DNA of 64,000 nucleotides from the human T2T-CHM13v2.0 reference genome, Homo sapiens, in the NCBI RefSeq assembly GCF_009914755.1, contig NC_060934.1; one strand, given 5' to 3'. A program made the translations under genes and the position numbers. The notes beneath the pieces are model-generated. The model did no database searches. It had not been told where the DNA came from and was given only the letters and a program-made list of their open reading frames with translations. Shown one piece after another: positions 62,417 to 64,000 of this stretch (its first letter is position 1; each line of letters begins with the position of its first letter).

Positions 62417-63374
62417 TTAAATGTGCACCATTATGTTGAATTCACTCTGAATGAGGATGAAGGTGAGGACTGAGAGGAAGTTCATGAGCCAGGTGATAAC
62501 ATGTTCAAAGACAAAAAAAAAAAAAGGAGTGATTAGAAACTTGGTAAGTGAGATATCCAAAAGGGGAAAGTGATACAAGGCGTGAATCACAATGAAATGA
62601 AGATATTTATGAAATCATAAGAAAAATGCTTTAGGAGAAGTGTAGAAGAGTCATACCCACCTGTATGTGGGTATTTTTTTTGTATTTTTTTCCAAGTATT
62701 TTGGGATTCTCTTGCCATATGCCAAATCTACTATTTCTTTAAGCCTATGTCAAATCCCCATTTCTCATAGAGTATTTCTGCTCTTTTTCATTCTACTCTG
62801 GTTTCAGTTTCCTGATCCCCTAAAATGTTTATTTTATGTAATATGTGATTCAGCATTTCAAGGTATAAAGCTCGTCTCCTCCTGGTTATTTAATTTTGTC
62901 TTTCCAAATAGGCTGCCAGCTCCATGAAAATAGCGATCTTAGTTTTTTTTTAATCCATTTATATCTCACAGTTTTTAGCAAAATGTAAAGCATATGTGTG
63001 GCATCATAAATTCAATACAATTACCAAATTTTCTTTTCTTAGAAAAAACCATCCCTGATTTTGAATGACCCACACCATTAGTTTGGACTATAAAGATGAT
63101 TCTGTAGGATTTCTCAAGGGAGTGTTGAATGACTAAAGACAATTATACTGGCCTATTAAAAACAAGCCTACCTTTATTCAACATAAGGGAAGAAACAGTC
63201 CCAAAGCAGGGCATTCACCAAGAGCAGAAGCCTGCTTTCCTCCAGATTTCTCTCCTTCCTAAATATCCTTCCCATTTCTGTTTGTATCTGATTATTTTTT
63301 TTTTTGGCCCACGGAAATGCACATAACAATGCCTTGACTTCAAATGTTACATTGAGTATATGAAAGTACATTTA

Positions 63375-64000
63375 AAAATGTATTAATCAACATTTGAAAA
63401 TCAATTAATGTAATCCATCATATCAACAAACTAAAGGTAAAAATCATTAATAAATTACTAAATGCAGAAAACGCATTGAGAAAATCCAGCATCCATTCAT
63501 GTGATAATTCTCAGGAAATTAGAATAGAGGGAGACTTCCTCAACCTGATAAAGAACATGTATCAAAAACCTAAGCTGACATACTTAGTAGTGAGATATTA
63601 GATGCTTTACTCCTAAGATCAGAAAAAAGGCAAAGATGTTCTTTTTCACCAATTCTATTAAACATTATACTTGAAGTCCTAAGTAATAAATGACAAAAGA
63701 AAATTAAAGATATACAATTGTGAAACAGGAAATAAAATTTTTTTCGCAGATGACATGATTATCTATAGAAAACTCAAAAATAAAAACAAAATTCGTCTAA
63801 CAAGTGGCCACAGTAACTTTGCAGGGTAAAAGTCCATATACACGAGTAAATTACTTTCCTATATATCAAGAGTTAGCAATTGGGTTTTGAAATTTAAAAT
63901 ACACCACCGGTTATGTTAGCATGAAAAATGAAATAGTTATAAGTCTAAGAAAATATAAGATTGATGGGGAAACCACAAAACTCTGAGTAAAAAAAAAAAA
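63375..64000 (+). mobile_element. L1M ORF2 RT-region fragment running off the window
   Basis: gcagaaaacgcattgagaaaatccagcatccattcatg; ttcgcagatgacatgattatctat (FADDMIIY). Confidence 0.88.

Overview
AT-rich primate (human-like) genomic DNA made up mostly of interspersed repeats. It holds a near-full-length old L1 (L1MA1-3-like, 1-6.9 kb, +), a full-length but broken L1PA5-like element (19.8-26.0 kb, -), a twin-primed 5'-inverted L1PA5-like copy (42.3-45.5 kb) and a truncated L1PA13-16-like copy (58.1-60.7 kb). There are also many older L1M fragments, about 12 Alus, L2/MIR relics and DNA-transposon fossils (MER44, Tigger3b-like, MER75). I can support no intact protein-coding gene, RNA gene or CRISPR array; the recognisable ORFs in the track are L1/Alu fragments and the rest look like chance frames. 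I did not find a convincing new biological system. The most notable signals are: (1) at least six short, locally templated direct or inverted insertions, several at deletion junctions; (2) apparent non-consensus variants shared by the two L1PA5-like copies; (3) a non-L1 insert in the full-length L1 tail that matches its own target site in inverted orientation; (4) a recognisable ORF0; (5) two candidate minus-strand non-coding exons. Subfamily names come from my recall of consensus sequences and need RepeatMasker/Dfam confirmation. Boundaries without TSDs are approximate.
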